A DNA stretch of 63,955 nt, filler included, from Reticulomyxa filosa (GCA_000512085.1; 16 parts of 16 records of this genome joined end to end with filler, not necessarily neighbours in it); one strand, 5' to 3'. Counted from the whole stretch's first letter, positions 21,105-34,919 are shown. Notes: a model not told the origin generated them from the sequence alone. Numbers and translations are program-made.

Positions 21105-22275
21105 TATTATGGTTTTTGATTAATGTTATACTTTTTTTTTTTGGCAGGGAAATTATTTTCGTTAGAAAAAAAAACGTTAGAGAAAACATTGCGTTTTGTC
21201 ATGTTTTCGCCAAACTAGTTTGTAGAAATCTCAAAGCAGTACTGTGTCGATTGAAACCTGTCTTCTTCAAAGAAAAAACGGAATTTTTTTTGTATTCTGA
21301 TATCAACTAATCTCGCAATTTTTTTTCAACTCGTATTAAGATGAATTACAATTTGTACTAGAATAAAAATTACAACAAAATTGAACAGTCATTAGATATT
21401 GTCCAACTTTGAAGTGAAAATTATTTTTTTTGGATCACTGAAGATACATTTTTATGTTATTATATCATATTCCAAAATGGCGAAATACAAATTTAATATT
21501 CACATAAATGCATTTCAATTGCATCTCAATCACATACAATTCATTTGGTATAATAACGATTTGCCACTTATCGCTTGATTCATTCTATAATTGATCAATT
21601 GTGGAGAATTTATTTAATTCATAAAACAAATTCTTATATGCTGTTGTCAGTATTATTCATAATGTTGTAAACAAGTCAAAAATAAGAATTACTAAAAAAG
21701 AAACATTTAAGAAAACACACGACATTTTCCGTTTCGAAGAAACTTGTAAAAAGTAACAAAAATTTTTCTACAAATATAAAACAAGAGTTGTAATTGTAAT
21801 CACACAGGCAACAAAACTATTTGTTGAAGCAACAATTCCCTTTTGAGTTATCGAAAGGTTGTCTTTTTCAACAAACAAAAACTAGTTCAGCAATTATAAA
21901 GGGAAAAATAAGAAAAAATACTCAAATAACAAAAAAAGGCAACTGGTGATTCGCAAAGCATGGAGGAATGGAAATTTACTGATTCTGGGCAATTATTTAA
22001 GACGATTTTCGAAGGTACAAGCAAACTCGTGCACTGTGTTCGCGCCCTTTTTTTTATATACTAAAAATACATTGAAACGAAACGTGAAAGCAGGTTTTCA
22101 AGAAACAGCTATGTCGGTGCAGCTGGATATCAACAACTTTGAATTTAACAATGATGGATCACTACTTATAGAAACACATAAAATTGTATACTTCTATTGT
22201 CCACTTTTTTGTAAAAAAAAAAGATAGATAATGAGCAATTTATTAATAATATTAATTAATTAGGCGCAAGAAGTA

Positions 22276-22539
22276 ATGCATTTATTTGCGCACAGCAGTG
22301 CAAATACGCTATTTTTTCTTGATAAGCTATCTATCAAACTTGCAGGAGGCATGCAAGATAAGCCAAAGACAGAAAAGTATGAAGCGGAAATGAAAGCATT
22401 GGTGAAGTTGTACGGTGATGTAATCAAAGAAGATGTATTGAGGAAAAATCTCGAACAAAACAATGGAAATGTGTCAGAGGTGATCGATCAGATGACAGCC
22501 ATATTGTTGAATCAAAGTGTTATGCTCGCTTTTCCATAG
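22276..22539 (+). CDS. Exon of ubiquitin-tail (LAGG-MQ) + CUE/UBA-like protein family
   Basis: [18 protein letters not shown] is followed by [32 protein letters not shown]. There is a close paralog at 41366-41758. It is truncated by the contig end. Confidence 0.55.
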   Translation: MHLFAHSSANTLFFLDKLSIKLAGGMQDKPKTEKYEAEMKALVKLYGDVIKEDVLRKNLEQNNGNVSEVIDQMTAILLNQSVMLAFP

Positions 22540-23070
22540 CAACAAAAAATATAATATATATATATATAATATATACAAAGTACTAATTTTTACAAATAAA
22601 TAGACTGCTGNNNNNNNNNNNNNNNNNNNNNNNNNNNNNNNNNNNNNNNNNNNNTTAATTAATTAANNNNNNNNNNNNNNNNNNNNNNNNNNNNNNNNNN
22701 NNNNNNNNNNATATATATATATTTTGATGATGCAACTGGTTTATACGTGTGTTTATGTTTTTGTGCATGAGAACCAATTATGTGATGTAGCCCACACAAT
22801 GCAACAATCTAAAAAAGATAGGCACTCCAAAAGGCATTTGCAAAAAAAAACAATTGGGCTCGGTATTTGGACAAGTTTGGAGGGCCAGTCCTATTTGGAA
22901 AAGTACTTTTGTACGCACGTGGACAGTAGTGGTGCCAATGGCATGCAGACTCCACAGTCAATACTGGAGGGCCGAGATAACGGACGTATATTGCCCATCG
23001 CAACAAACATCGATTGGGCAGTGTTTAAAAAAAAAATGTAATTCCAAGTGGTCTTCTTCTTCCAATCGAT

Positions 23071-23361
23071 TTGGTGGCTATTTTGGCCATGAAAAAAGGT
23101 ATTCCATTTTGGAATACCAAAGTCCTCATTGAAGATGTTGCTTTGTTGACACAAGTACTGGAACATTCGTTGCAAATTTGTGATCTTTTGACAACAAAAC
23201 GAAAAGCTGTTGCTATGAACCGCAGTGAACTTTCCCCAGATTGCATACAACACACCATTCCTTCTTTTCAAGACACTCATCATTTGAAGCACCGTTCTGG
23301 CCCTTCTCTTCCTGCTTCTTTTTTGAACCCTGATGCTCCTGAATTTGTTCCTAATTTCTAG
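23071..23361 (+). CDS. 3' end of a gene or pseudogene ending in a PAM2 (PABP-interacting) motif
   Basis: The C-terminus is ASFLNPDAPEFVPNF*. The upstream in-frame sequence (22820-23030) looks protein-like but has stops. Confidence 0.55.
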   Translation: MVAILAMKKGIPFWNTKVLIEDVALLTQVLEHSLQICDLLTTKRKAVAMNRSELSPDCIQHTIPSFQDTHHLKHRSGPSLPASFLNPDAPEFVPNF

Positions 23362-24173
23362 ACTCTTGTTTTTTTTTTGTGTTATTGCACAATGGAAACA
23401 TTAACAAACAAAAAAAAACCTTGGGTAGTGTTCAAATTTAACTTCAGGAGCTCTCGAACAGTGTTTTTCTTGTAATAACGTCGCAAACCAAAATCTAAAA
23501 CAAATTAGAAAGATACAGAGGGCAAATAGCAATAGCATGACTAATTTTCGTTTTAAAGGTCTTGTTCAAATGTTCAGATAGATCTTCTTAAAAAAACTTT
23601 TTTTTAGTTTAAAACTTTTTTCTTGTTTACCATAAATGGATTGGAGTTGTATTAATAAAATGTGTTGCTAAAAGCAATTTTTGATAAAGTTTATTGGTCA
23701 AAATTCAAATTTCGTTTTTATGAAAGTTGTGCAGTCGTAAAAACCTTTTCTTTTTCTTGGTCAAGTCAGAGTTCTGGGCTGGCGTTGAAGGATGGTCACG
23801 CTGTATCAATGTTCTCACATCAATAATGCCCACATCAATAATTTAAAAGTTGGCTGTCTGCACACTACAAGTAATTTCACTACAGCAACGTCCAACGGGT
23901 GCCAAGGCCATATCTACAGCCATCACATCAACCATATCACTGATCACATACACACCACCATCACACAAATTGGGAATATAATGGCAGCCGTTGCTCGGCC
24001 AATCACGGGATTTGAAAAAAAAAATGAGTCACTACAACATGACATTGCACTCCAGTTCAGTTTATTATATCTTTCTTTCAATAAAAAAAATATGGAGTTA
24101 TGTAAAAAAACTTTGACAATAACAAAATAACAGTACGTTCAATTTTATAATATAACAAAAAAAAATAGACAAC

Positions 24174-24682
24174 ATGCTGATACTCCCAGAGCAAGTGCTT
24201 TGCTCAAGTCAATGCCACGATGGCGACATACGCTGGCAGACAAAGCATGCACAAACGATGGGATTATTAGCAACGTTCGTTGTGAGCAAGAATGATATGG
24301 TGGATGTTGTCAAGGGCCCACTGATACGATCGCCCAAGATAATATGGAGTGAACGTTTACTGCACTTATACACGCCAATATAACAAACGGCGCGACATCC
24401 AAAGGGTATTATATGGGCATCGAATAGGCCCGATATGCCATGTGCAAATGGAAGGGCCATTATTGTGATGTTGTGCACTATTGTCTGGGTGATCGCTCAA
24501 TCGGCTCAAATCGCGTCAATTTGTCGGCGCAATGATCAATCGTTGAGAATAATGAACCCGGCCGTCACACAAAAAGACACATACATGGAGTGGCATAAAG
24601 TGCAGGTTCAGCATAATGACGGCGCGTTGCGCAACGACAAAAGAGGGGCCAGTCGATCACCAGCAAGACGACAGAGCCGATT
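24174..24682 (+). pseudogene. Unknown exon with a single in-frame stop
   Basis: ORFs 24174-24383 and 24435-24743 share a frame and are separated only by TAA 24381-24383. The segment is GC-richer than its flanks. Confidence 0.3.
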
Positions 24683-25436
24683 GGTATCTAAAACATTTTT
24701 TACATACGTATATATACGTAAATACTTTTTGTCTTTAAAATAAATTCGCAAAAACAATATATGATTTTTTTTTAACGTATAAAAAAAACCATAGGACAGT
24801 GACGCAATGACAACAACGATGATCAAAACGGGACAGAATCCAACTCCGTCTCCGAAAGGAGAAAAAGAGGCTTGTTATATTTTTTTTTTTGTTTATAAAA
24901 ATATATCGATCTGCTTTGTGTTTGTGTATAGGATTCCCCGTCCACAAAGACCGTTACTTCTTTATCCCTATATCCACATACAAAAAAAAAAATGGGGTCG
25001 AAGACCAACTGGCCCACAATAAAAAAAAAAACGGTATGTTGTGTTTATATTTTTCTTTTATCAAAATAATGTGATTGTGTATGTGTGTAATAAATAGGAA
25101 TTCCCCCGCACAAGAAAAAAAATTGTATTTATATTTTGTTTGCCCCATCCCTATATNNNNNNNNNNNNNNNNNNNNNNNNNNNNNNNNNNNNNNNNNNNN
25201 TTAATTAATTAANNNNNNNNNNNNNNNNNNNNNNNNNNNNNNNNNNNNNNNNNNNNCCCTTCAAATTGCCAAAGAAAAAAAATAGATATTGGAATTGGAG
25301 ATAAGCTCCGAGATTCAAAGTTTTATTTATTTATTTTTTTCTTCAAAAAAATGAAAAATTGTTGATTTTGTTATGCTCATAGGTTGCAAGTCGTCGACGA
25401 AAGATTGGATTTTTTTGTTGTTTTTTTTTATTCGTA

Positions 25437-25620
25437 TTGGGGAAGATAGGGGAAAAATAAAGGGAACATTGGGGAAAAGTAAATGGAAAATAAAAGGGAA
25501 AATTATGAAAATGAAAGATATAATTGGGGAAATTAAAGGGAAAATGAAATGGAGAATTGGGGAAATTAAAGGGAAAATGAAAGGGAAAATAAAAGAGAAA
25601 AAAGGGGGAGGGGGGAGAAC
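25437..25620 (+). repeat. Purine-rich low-complexity tract (GGGAAA(T)-like degenerate repeats)
   Basis: Near absence of C, with recurrent gggaaaat/ggggaaattaaa units. Confidence 0.8.
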
Positions 25621-25849
25621 GTGTTGGAAAAAGACGGGAAATGTCCCGTACAAGCGCTAGAACAAGCGCAATTTATTGCTGCAATGACCAAGAATGTCGA
25701 AGTGGCAAACGTAGCAAATGAGAAGTCGTTAAGAATTTGTTTGATGTTGGATTGTTTGTTTGATTCTCAGGATCGACTATGGACCGATGGACGCTTGTTG
25801 GGCTCGAGCAGACTAGTTTTTAATTGGTAAATCGCACATGGACCGTTGG

Positions 25850-28800
25850 CGCAATCAAAAGTATATTTGGATTATGGCAATCAAGAAAGAAGATTCAAGT
25901 GATGATAGTACCAAAAGTTGGAATATTTGGAAAAGATAATGTCATCTGGACAACATTGACCTTGGTGCTGCCAACACAAAATCAAGACAGCTAAGATGAA
26001 GAAACGAATACTCGATATCTCGCGCAAAGTTGTAACACTGGTGGCAAATAACGACGTTCGACGAACTATATAGATTGGCTCAGTTTGTTGGAGTAATGTG
26101 CGAAACGCAAGCCAAGATGCTGGCAAAAATGAAGATGAAGCGTGAAGAAAGTGGATCTCAATAGTCCGGTGATAATCCATTGGTTTTTGTTTGTTTTTTT
26201 AAAAATGATTCTAGGTTTTGCTGCGTATGATTATAGAATGATTTTTACTTATACAAATGGCGATTTTGTGTGTCTCAATATAGCATACTTCTCATAGAGC
26301 GCCTCAATGGAACTTCCGGACGAGTGTGGCAATATCAAGAAAATAGCAACCACCTGAATCATTAGAAGGACTTGTTCGCAATCAACGTATAAATATACAA
26401 GTCTCTGAGGATGGTTCTTCAACAACAGTAAAAGAAGTTCGAATTGGATTCAACTGTCACCAAACTCTACATAGGATGAAACAGAATCAAAGATAGTGTA
26501 ATTGCGATTTACCGGCGCCAAGACAGCAAGTCCTATTCATTTTTGCTGTATACAATGAACACACCACAAACCGACCATTTACACGTGTGTTCATATATAT
26601 TCACAACGTGGGATCTTTTTTATTAAAATAGAAAAACAATAATGTATACGTGTATATAGACAGATGCGGCAATAAAGCGAAACTGATTGGTAGCATTAAT
26701 CGAATTTTGTGAGCTGTTTGTGGTACGTACATGATATCTTGCGTAACGGGAAAAGCGCAGCATGATTTTGCTGACTTTATATCAATGGTAGTGATCGTAG
26801 TGAATTTTTGTTGACAATGCTGTCTCTATTTTTGAAATGTGATAGCGAACGTTCAACAGCAACAACAGACAAAGCCAAGACGCAGACCTCACCTATGGGC
26901 TTAAATAGTGGAAACAGTGATTGTTGTACGTCATCCAATTCTAACGGCGCCGAAAGAAAGGACTAATAAAATAGAGAGATCATAATCAGAACAACAAGAC
27001 GACCTCCGACCGCCGACGAACAAGAAAAAGTCATTGTTTTGGAGATTGGCGCTAGTTTATGGATTGCATCAAGAGCCGCGCTGATTATTTTTACTAGATT
27101 GTCTCCGAATTGGCTTCGGTGATAGAGTTGGAATAATTTGACAAGCTCTGTCAGATTAAGCCAGGACAAACTGGATCTTGGTGATCATGACCACAAAAAC
27201 AAACTTGCCAAGATAAATGAAAACGAAGACGTGATGATCTTGCGCAAAGTGACAGCGATTGGATGGATCGAAGAAATAGAAGACAATGAATATGATGACG
27301 AGAACGTTATGGGTGAGCAAGAGTTGCTATATGCGAGTGGCCAGGAATTATACGAAACGAAGCCAAGATCACTGGCAAAAAAAGAGAAGAAGAGCAAAGA
27401 AAGGATATTTCAAGAGTCCGGAGGCTATACCGCGTTGGATTTGTTTTTGTTTTTTTTTTAAAAAAAAAGTTGTAGGTTTTGCTACGTTTAATTATGAAAT
27501 TGCTCGTTATAAACACGAGTGGCGGTTTTGCGCGATATGGACGAACTTCCATAGTTCACCACAATGGAATTGCTGGACGAGCGTGGCAATATCAAGACAG
27601 TGGCACCCAAAGCATTGGAAAGACTTGTATATACATACGTTGATGGCGAACAAGTCTCCGCGGATGATTCTCCTTCAGCGAAAACAGTAGGGGCAGTTCA
27701 AATGGAATTCAATCGGTCACTGCAACTCTACACGGGATGGCACAGCATCAAAGAGGGAGCGGAATTACGATTTACTGGAGAGCCAAGTATAACAAGAATT
27801 TTGGAATATCCAACAAAAAAAAAAAGGATAAACCAGTGATTCCTTTACGGCATTTCGGTTATTTGCAATCTCACATTCATTTGTGCTTGAACACCACCGC
27901 ACACAAATCTGAAAATTTATACGTATGTTTATAACCTACTCACAATGCAAGACCTTTTTTTATTTATTAAAAAAAAAAAAAATCATTAATGTATACGTGT
28001 GTATATGTGTATATAGAGACAGATTCGAACAATAAAGCGAAAACTGTGGTTGGTGGTGGTAATAGAATTTTGTGGTATGTGCCTAATATTTCGCATAACG
28101 GGAAAAGCGCAAGCGATTTCGCTGACTTCGTATGCAAGGTGTAGTGATCGTAAGTGGATTTTTGTTGGCAATGTTGTTGGACGTTCGCTATCACATTTCA
28201 ATAACAGAGACCGCAACAACAACCACGACGACAGGCACGGGCAAGACTCAGACCTCTTCCATGGACTCAAACAGTGGAAACATTGGAAACAGTGGTGGTG
28301 CGTCATCCAATTCCAACAGCGCCGAGAGAAAGAGCTAATACAATAGCTAAATCAGAATCGAGATGCAAAGAAACTGCATTACAATTCAAAACTCAAGTCG
28401 ATTCGAACTCACGCAAATATGCACAAAGTAGCTATGGGCTGATAGACGACTTGATTGATGCCACGCGATGCTTGTATCCGCCTCATTATCCAACACTTCA
28501 AGAACAACGAAATGCAGGTACTAAATTCCGAAGACAGTCCAGCAAAATTGAGCAAATCCATAAACAGACCAATTTCCACAACGACAAGTTTTTCTTGTTA
28601 TTGGCGGTCGTCTTGCTGCATGCTACCATTTCCAAATACAGTCGAATCATGGCACGCAAGAACAAGAAAGGCGAAGACAATGCAAAAAGAAAGAAGAATA
28701 CGTCCAAGACTGAAGAAGAAGAAGAATAAGAAGAAGAATAAGAATAAGAATAAAATAATGGTATTCTCCCTCCTTGGATCATGTCAGTTCAAACGTCGGA

Positions 28801-29274
28801 CATGGTCGTTATTGGAAATGCTATCGTCACAAGGGTGACCAGAGCGGATTGACATCGTATTCTGAAAGAATCCATCGTGATATAGCATTATAACAGTTGG
28901 ACAAGATTCTCTCAAATAAATCCCGGACAATCTCGATTTTTGCAATCGGACGGCACCAAGATCCAGTTTCCAAGATAAAAGAAAAGAAAAATGTGATGAT
29001 ATCGCGCAACGTGCTAACGATATGAACATTACGATGTCGCAACGGCGGCAGCGATGGGATTTACTGAAGGAATAGAAAAAGATGAAGAAAAGGACGTGGA
29101 CGTTGTCACATGTGTGGCGATCGAGTAAACCACAGCATCAAAAGAACCATTTCATATGCAAAGTTTCAATTTGATGGGGGAGTTATTCGAAGCTCAAGCC
29201 AAGATCATCCGCAAAACATGACGGGAAGATGGAGATGATAAACGTAAGAAAGAGAAAACCAAGAATCGGGGGGG
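25850..29274 (+). repeat. About three degenerate tandem copies (1.25-1.8 kb) of an unidentified intron-containing gene
   Basis: Shared anchors: aagccaagat...caaaa at ~26110, ~27360 and ~29197; taggttttgct at ~26212 and ~27473; cgtcatccaatt...cgccga at ~26929 and ~28301. Confidence 0.7.
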
Positions 29275-29374
29275 NNNNNNNNNNNNNNNNNNNNNNNNNN
29301 NNNNNNNNNNNNNNNNNNTTAATTAATTAANNNNNNNNNNNNNNNNNNNNNNNNNNNNNNNNNNNNNNNNNNNN

Positions 29375-30482
29375 AATTGTGATGAAATCGTTGCAAGTGC
29401 ATGTGCACAGTGATAACAACTTGTAATTTTTCCACTCTCAAAGGCATTCATCAAATATTTAAATACTTTATTCAATTGTCTCTCATTCAATTGCAATGAT
29501 ATTTTTGCAATTAATTCTGCACATCTTTTATGAGTATCTTCATTTTCGTCAACAAGTCCATCTATGAACAATTGAATAACATCATCCAATTGTTGTTCAT
29601 TTAATTTCACTGATATCACACAAAGTAAGTCTGCACACATCCAATAGCACATCTCAAAAACTTGTTTGTAACATTGGACAATAACATCTGAAGTTTCTGT
29701 TGAAATACACAAATACTGTAATAAATATAACTGTGATAAATATAATCGATCGCTTATTAATTTTCGCTCATCAATTGTATTGAATTGCGTTTGAAATATC
29801 TTAATTTGATCAATGATACACAAATGGATATCTGGATGATGCAAAACATATTGAAAATTGGGTAAATGCAATTTCATCACTTTATTCAATAGTCTATCAT
29901 CATCAAAATATTTTTTGTCATCAAAATGAATCCAAGCAATAATCCATGATTTGAATGAATGAACAAGTAATGTATGACAATTTCGAAGTTGTGATGAAAA
30001 AAAAGAATTATCAGTGTCTGCTTTACAAGCATCCAGACAATGCATAAATAACATCATTTGATGAATTGGAACAATTTGAGGTGGTGATGAATGTAATAAT
30101 TTCCAAAAATACAATAAGCCTGATCCCGATGGATCTTTCTTGGAAATGGTATTGTTATACAATATTCCAGACATGAATGGAATCATCACTGAATATCTTG
30201 GAGTGAGTTGTTCATTCATCAAAATTGAACATATTTGTTCATGCTCTTTTGATTCATTTGATTGATACAAACATCTAACTAAATAATAAGCAGCAAGCCA
30301 TTCTTGAAATGTCAAATGAGGGAAATACACTGAATCACTTGGTTGTGATAAATCTCTTGATTCTTGTCCTTGAACAAATCCAAATGAATTGATTCGAGAC
30401 CATTGAGATATCACTGATATATCTTCACGTGGATATTGATATTTTATCATATGTAATACTCTTTGTTGGATTTCACAAGAAA
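29375..30482 (-). CDS. Internal fragment of a NACHT (STAND/NLR-like) NTPase with C-terminal HEAT-like repeats
   Basis: VYFPHLTFQEWLAAYYL is the NACHT-associated F.H.TFQE.LAA motif. The repeats are LNEQQLDDVIQLFIDGL and LNERQLNKVFKYLMNAF. It is open across the whole contig. Confidence 0.85.
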
Positions 30483-30734
30483 NNNNNNNNNNNNNNNNNN
30501 NNNNNNNNNNNNNNNNNNNNNNNNNNTTAATTAATTAANNNNNNNNNNNNNNNNNNNNNNNNNNNNNNNNNNNNNNNNNNNNATTTGAAAGAATGTTGAT
30601 TTCATCAAACAAAAAAAAAATTTATTAAAAAACCAATTTCATATTTAAAAACTACAAGATTTGTATATATTTTAAAAAAAAATTATGTCTAAATGTTGAT
30701 TTTCATTGATAAAATCAATTATCATCATAAGATA

Positions 30735-33037
30735 TGTTTTAGGCGTTCAGTTTTCTTTGCAACATACTGTATTATGTCATCGAATTGTCTCTCAATGCTT
30801 GAGCATTCATTATTCTTTACATATTCGCCGACCATCAGTATTCTCCAGTAACCAATGAGCATGGCGAATCAACCATTATGTAACTGACAATGACTTTTTC
30901 TACCTTGTCCACTAAAATTTTTTTCATTTTTTTTGTTTGCGATTCATAAGTCGCTTTTTCGTCTTATTGTTTCTATAGATTACGTACAAAACCAATTATT
31001 TATACGTAAATACTTTTTTTTTTAAAGAAGTATACTTTAAAAAATAACTTTTTTTTCTTCGCTCAAAGGCAAATCCAGTCCTTCTTTGGTCACGCAAATC
31101 AATTTATTTCAATCATATTCTCTTAATTGTTGGACTGAGTATTCGTCAATAGGATCGCCAAGAACAGGACTTCGAGGTCTATCTTCTTCAATGCTTCCAA
31201 AAACAGCGACGCTTCCACATTTGCTCGCGATTCTCCTGTGATGTAGTAGATATGCTTTTGATTTTCTTTCATTATACCAACGTATTCTTTCATCGACGTA
31301 AGTTCTTCACACGATTTTGTCGAATAATAACGAAGCAGGTCGGCTAATTTATTTCTATTTTTCGAATCTTCATGGATTCCAAGCTTGATGTTCTTGTGGA
31401 ATTGTTCGTAAAATGTCTTGAAATCGGCCTTGTTCTCCGCAATTTCGCCAAATAATTACAAACATTTTTTCACGATGTTCTTCTGGATTATTTTTAATAT
31501 CTTATTTTGCTGCAACGATTCTATGCTAAGGTTCAATGGCAAATATTCGCTGTCCACCACTCAACGAATAAACGAAAGATATTCAGGTCAAAGATCTTTG
31601 CAATCATCCATAATGAAAACTCTTCGAACGAAGAGCTTAATGTTATTCTTTTTCTTCGTTGGTTCAAACAAATCAAAAGGTGCCTTCTTTGGCACAAATA
31701 ATAATCTGGAGAATTCCAACTAGCAATCAACACTAAAATGTTTCACCGCCAAATACTCTTCCCAATTATTGCTGATTGACTTATAAAATGCTGCGTATTC
31801 CTCCTTTGACACTTCTTCAGGCTTTCTAGTCCATATGGGCTTCTGCTTGTTCAGCAGTTCATACTATTCTTTCTTTTCCTTAATTTTTTTTATTTATTTA
31901 TCTTTTTTTTTATCCTTGTCGTCACTAACTTCCACTTACTCTTTGTTCTTGTCTTTATCTTTGTCATTATCATCCTCTTCGTTTACTTCCTAAAATTAAA
32001 CAGGATTAAACATCCTTTTTTTTCTTGTCTTCAAAAAAAAACCAGTAACACTTACCACCCCACACGTATGTACGTATATCAAAACAGATAAAAATACAAA
32101 CCTTTTCTTCTTCTTTGATTGTTAACAAGTTGATCTGGAAAGCCAAAAATTGCGAGGGTTTTTAACAATTTATTTTACAGTTTTTTTCTTACAAAAGTTT
32201 GCGCAATCATCTTTTAAGTATAAATAAATATCAGTTCCCCGTTTTATTTGGTACGGGTTATCGCTGTCACTACGAACACTGAAAGTGCCTCTTGCTGTAC
32301 TTTCCCACACATGTTGTTCTTCATCGTTGTGCTTACTTCTCACCATCACGCGCTCACTTACTAAATAGGCGCTATAAAAACCAACACCAAACTGGCCTAT
32401 CATCGAAATGTCTGCGCCTGCAGATATTGCTTCCAAAAACTGTTTTGTGCCACTTCGGGCAATTGTTCCAAGGTATTCACAAGATCTTCTTTCGTCATCA
32501 CGATCCGGATATATCTTATTATTAACAATTTTTCATCGGGATCTGGTATAATCTCAATTTAAAGTTCTTTTTCTTTTTCTAACACTTCAGGGTTCGTCAG
32601 CGATACTTATATTATTTTGTCAAGTGCATCACTCGCATTTGATATTAACTATCGCAAAAAAATTTCCTTATTCGAGTAAACGGCATTAATGATTAAACTA
32701 TTTTTTTATCATACTTATGTGTGTTTTTTTGTTATACGTTTATCTTTTTTTTAGTTATACATACATACGTTTTTTTTTTTTGAACTCTTCGAGTAAAGAA
32801 ATTTCTTTTTAAAAAAATACTTCATCAATTGTGCGATATCCGCATTAAATTGAAATGTCTCAGCTTCGCGGCTCGACTTCCAATGCTCTTTTGCTTCTAT
32901 TTCTTCTTGAGTCTTAGTTTTTTTATGGACATCTTCTGCTCGTTCGTCGAAGCCGCTGCCGTTTCCTCTTGTTGATGTTTTTCACCATTTACATTTTCTG
33001 TTGTAGGCGCGGGTGGGTTTTTGTTATTTTCACTCAT
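30735..33037 (-). pseudogene. HSP90: Cytosolic HSP90 pseudogene that retains introns
   Basis: [67 protein letters not shown] and SPCSLVTGEY*WSANM*RIMNAQALRD are present, with many stops and frameshifts. Confidence 0.93.
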
Positions 33038-33730
33038 TTTTTTTTTTAGATTAACGAATAAACAACAAGCAAGCTTCAAAGAAAAAAAAAAAGGGTTCCT
33101 TTTCTGAAAACAAATGCCTGCCGATGACAATTGTACAGAAGGTACAAGTAACGACTAGAGTCCATTAAATGACTCAGATAGATTCACACAATTAATTTCT
33201 AATTTAAAGAAACAATACAAATCCTATAAATTTTTATCCAGCTGCCGATGGTGTCATCAAGAATAAAAAAAAGAAAATATAAAACAACAAATGAAACGGT
33301 AAAATTCTGACGAAAAAGCTGGAATATAGAAAAAATAAATGCATTTTCAAATAGAAAAAAGATGCAAAAATGGAATATTAAAACGGCAAAAAAAGTCTAC
33401 AGTCTTTTTATTACGGAATATTTGCAGTTTGTCATATAAATCTATCACTAACTTGAAATGATAACTATTCATAGTATAAACCTCAAGGTTGTTCGAAGAC
33501 TTTTGGAGATGTAATTATAAATATACAGTAAGNNNNNNNNNNNNNNNNNNNNNNNNNNNNNNNNNNNNNNNNNNNNTTAATTAATTAANNNNNNNNNNNN
33601 NNNNNNNNNNNNNNNNNNNNNNNNNNNNNNNNATCTATAATAAAAAATTTCACCCTTTCGACTCAAGAAAACTCTTGAAATTCATTCAAATTAAATAATA
33701 ACATATAAATATTTGTCAAAGACACATAAC

Positions 33731-33927
33731 ATATTTGACAACAAGTTTGTCAAACTCTTGAATCCATCCTAATCTAATCTTTAATATTCGAATCCAATGA
33801 CGAATAATTACCTGGATCTCTTCATCTAACTGGTTCAATTATAAAAAAACAATCTAAAATCACTTAAATTTATGAAACTTTAACCAAGGCTTACCAATGT
33901 CAGTCCTTTTGTTTTTCTTTCGAGCAT
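33731..33927 (-). CDS. First two exons of another HWxR...GW-module gene, downstream part missing
   Basis: Exon 33731-33829 is LDEEIQVIIRHWIRILKIRLGWIQEFDKLVVKY, flanked by AG and GT. Confidence 0.65.
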
Positions 33928-34919
33928 GGCTTAGATTGAACTTTTTTATCTCGACATCAATGAAGGGGTATCAAGAATACTCAAAGGTGTGATGCTTTAC
34001 TTGAAATTGTGATTTCTTAATCTTAGTTACCTCCTTTGACCACATGTAATTCATCATATTTGATCAGGTATCTCACAAATGAACACTTTTATCATATGAT
34101 CCAGATAATATTGTATTATTTTATTTAATTCACACAAAAGGAATTATCCAAAAAAAAATTAAAATAAAAGCAATTGATTTATCAAATTATATATCAGTTG
34201 ATACAAGATTCAATAATTGATTTTCCTTGAATAATTTAAAATTTTTTATAAATATTTCAACGCGGACAGAAACTATCCTTTATAGCAGATTTTTTTCGGA
34301 TGTATGCTTTATATTAAAAAAAAAGAGTTTGTCACCAAAATTCTTTAGTTCAATAAAATTTTGAAAAAACTTGATATAGCAAGAAATCAAAATTTAGTAA
34401 AACGGAAGAGAAAAAAATTGAAGGAGGATGTAAAAACTGACCTAACATCAGTGTTTCAGCCACAGTCGTGCTTTGCTAAAAATTGGATTTTACAACTGAA
34501 TCAGCAATGCTATTTGTGCCTATTGATCGTCGGAGAGAATTGTTTGAAACAATTTCTTAATTAAAATCCAAACCCTTGTCATGGCAACTATTCGTATTTT
34601 CAAAATCGATTGGCAAAGCGATACATGTTGTGATTTTAAAGAAAAAGTCAAACAGGTGAATGGTCATTTGGAAAATTCTTGTTATTTACAAGTAGTCAAA
34701 TGTTGGTTTGAGCCATTTGTGTGTGAGATCATACATATTTAAGATCACTTGATTTCGACTATGCGATTGCATTTTACTTTGATGATTAAGCCTTTTAATA
34801 CATTAAAACAAAATATTAAAAAATTATCAGGTATTATTACTATTTATTATTTCGATGATTATAATAAAAGAATATATATCCATATTGAAAAAATACAAAA
34901 TAGGATGAGATTATAAAAA

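Noticed and set aside
22900-23070. Possible 2OG-Fe(II)/AlkB HxD motif (WHAD)
   Set aside because: A single short motif among stops; the distal His/Arg motifs could not be placed.
25327-25660. Lys/Gly/Ile-rich and Phe/Pro/Ile-rich ORFs, or a telomere-like repeat
   Set aside because: These are products of an irregular purine tract near a contig end, with no fixed repeat unit.
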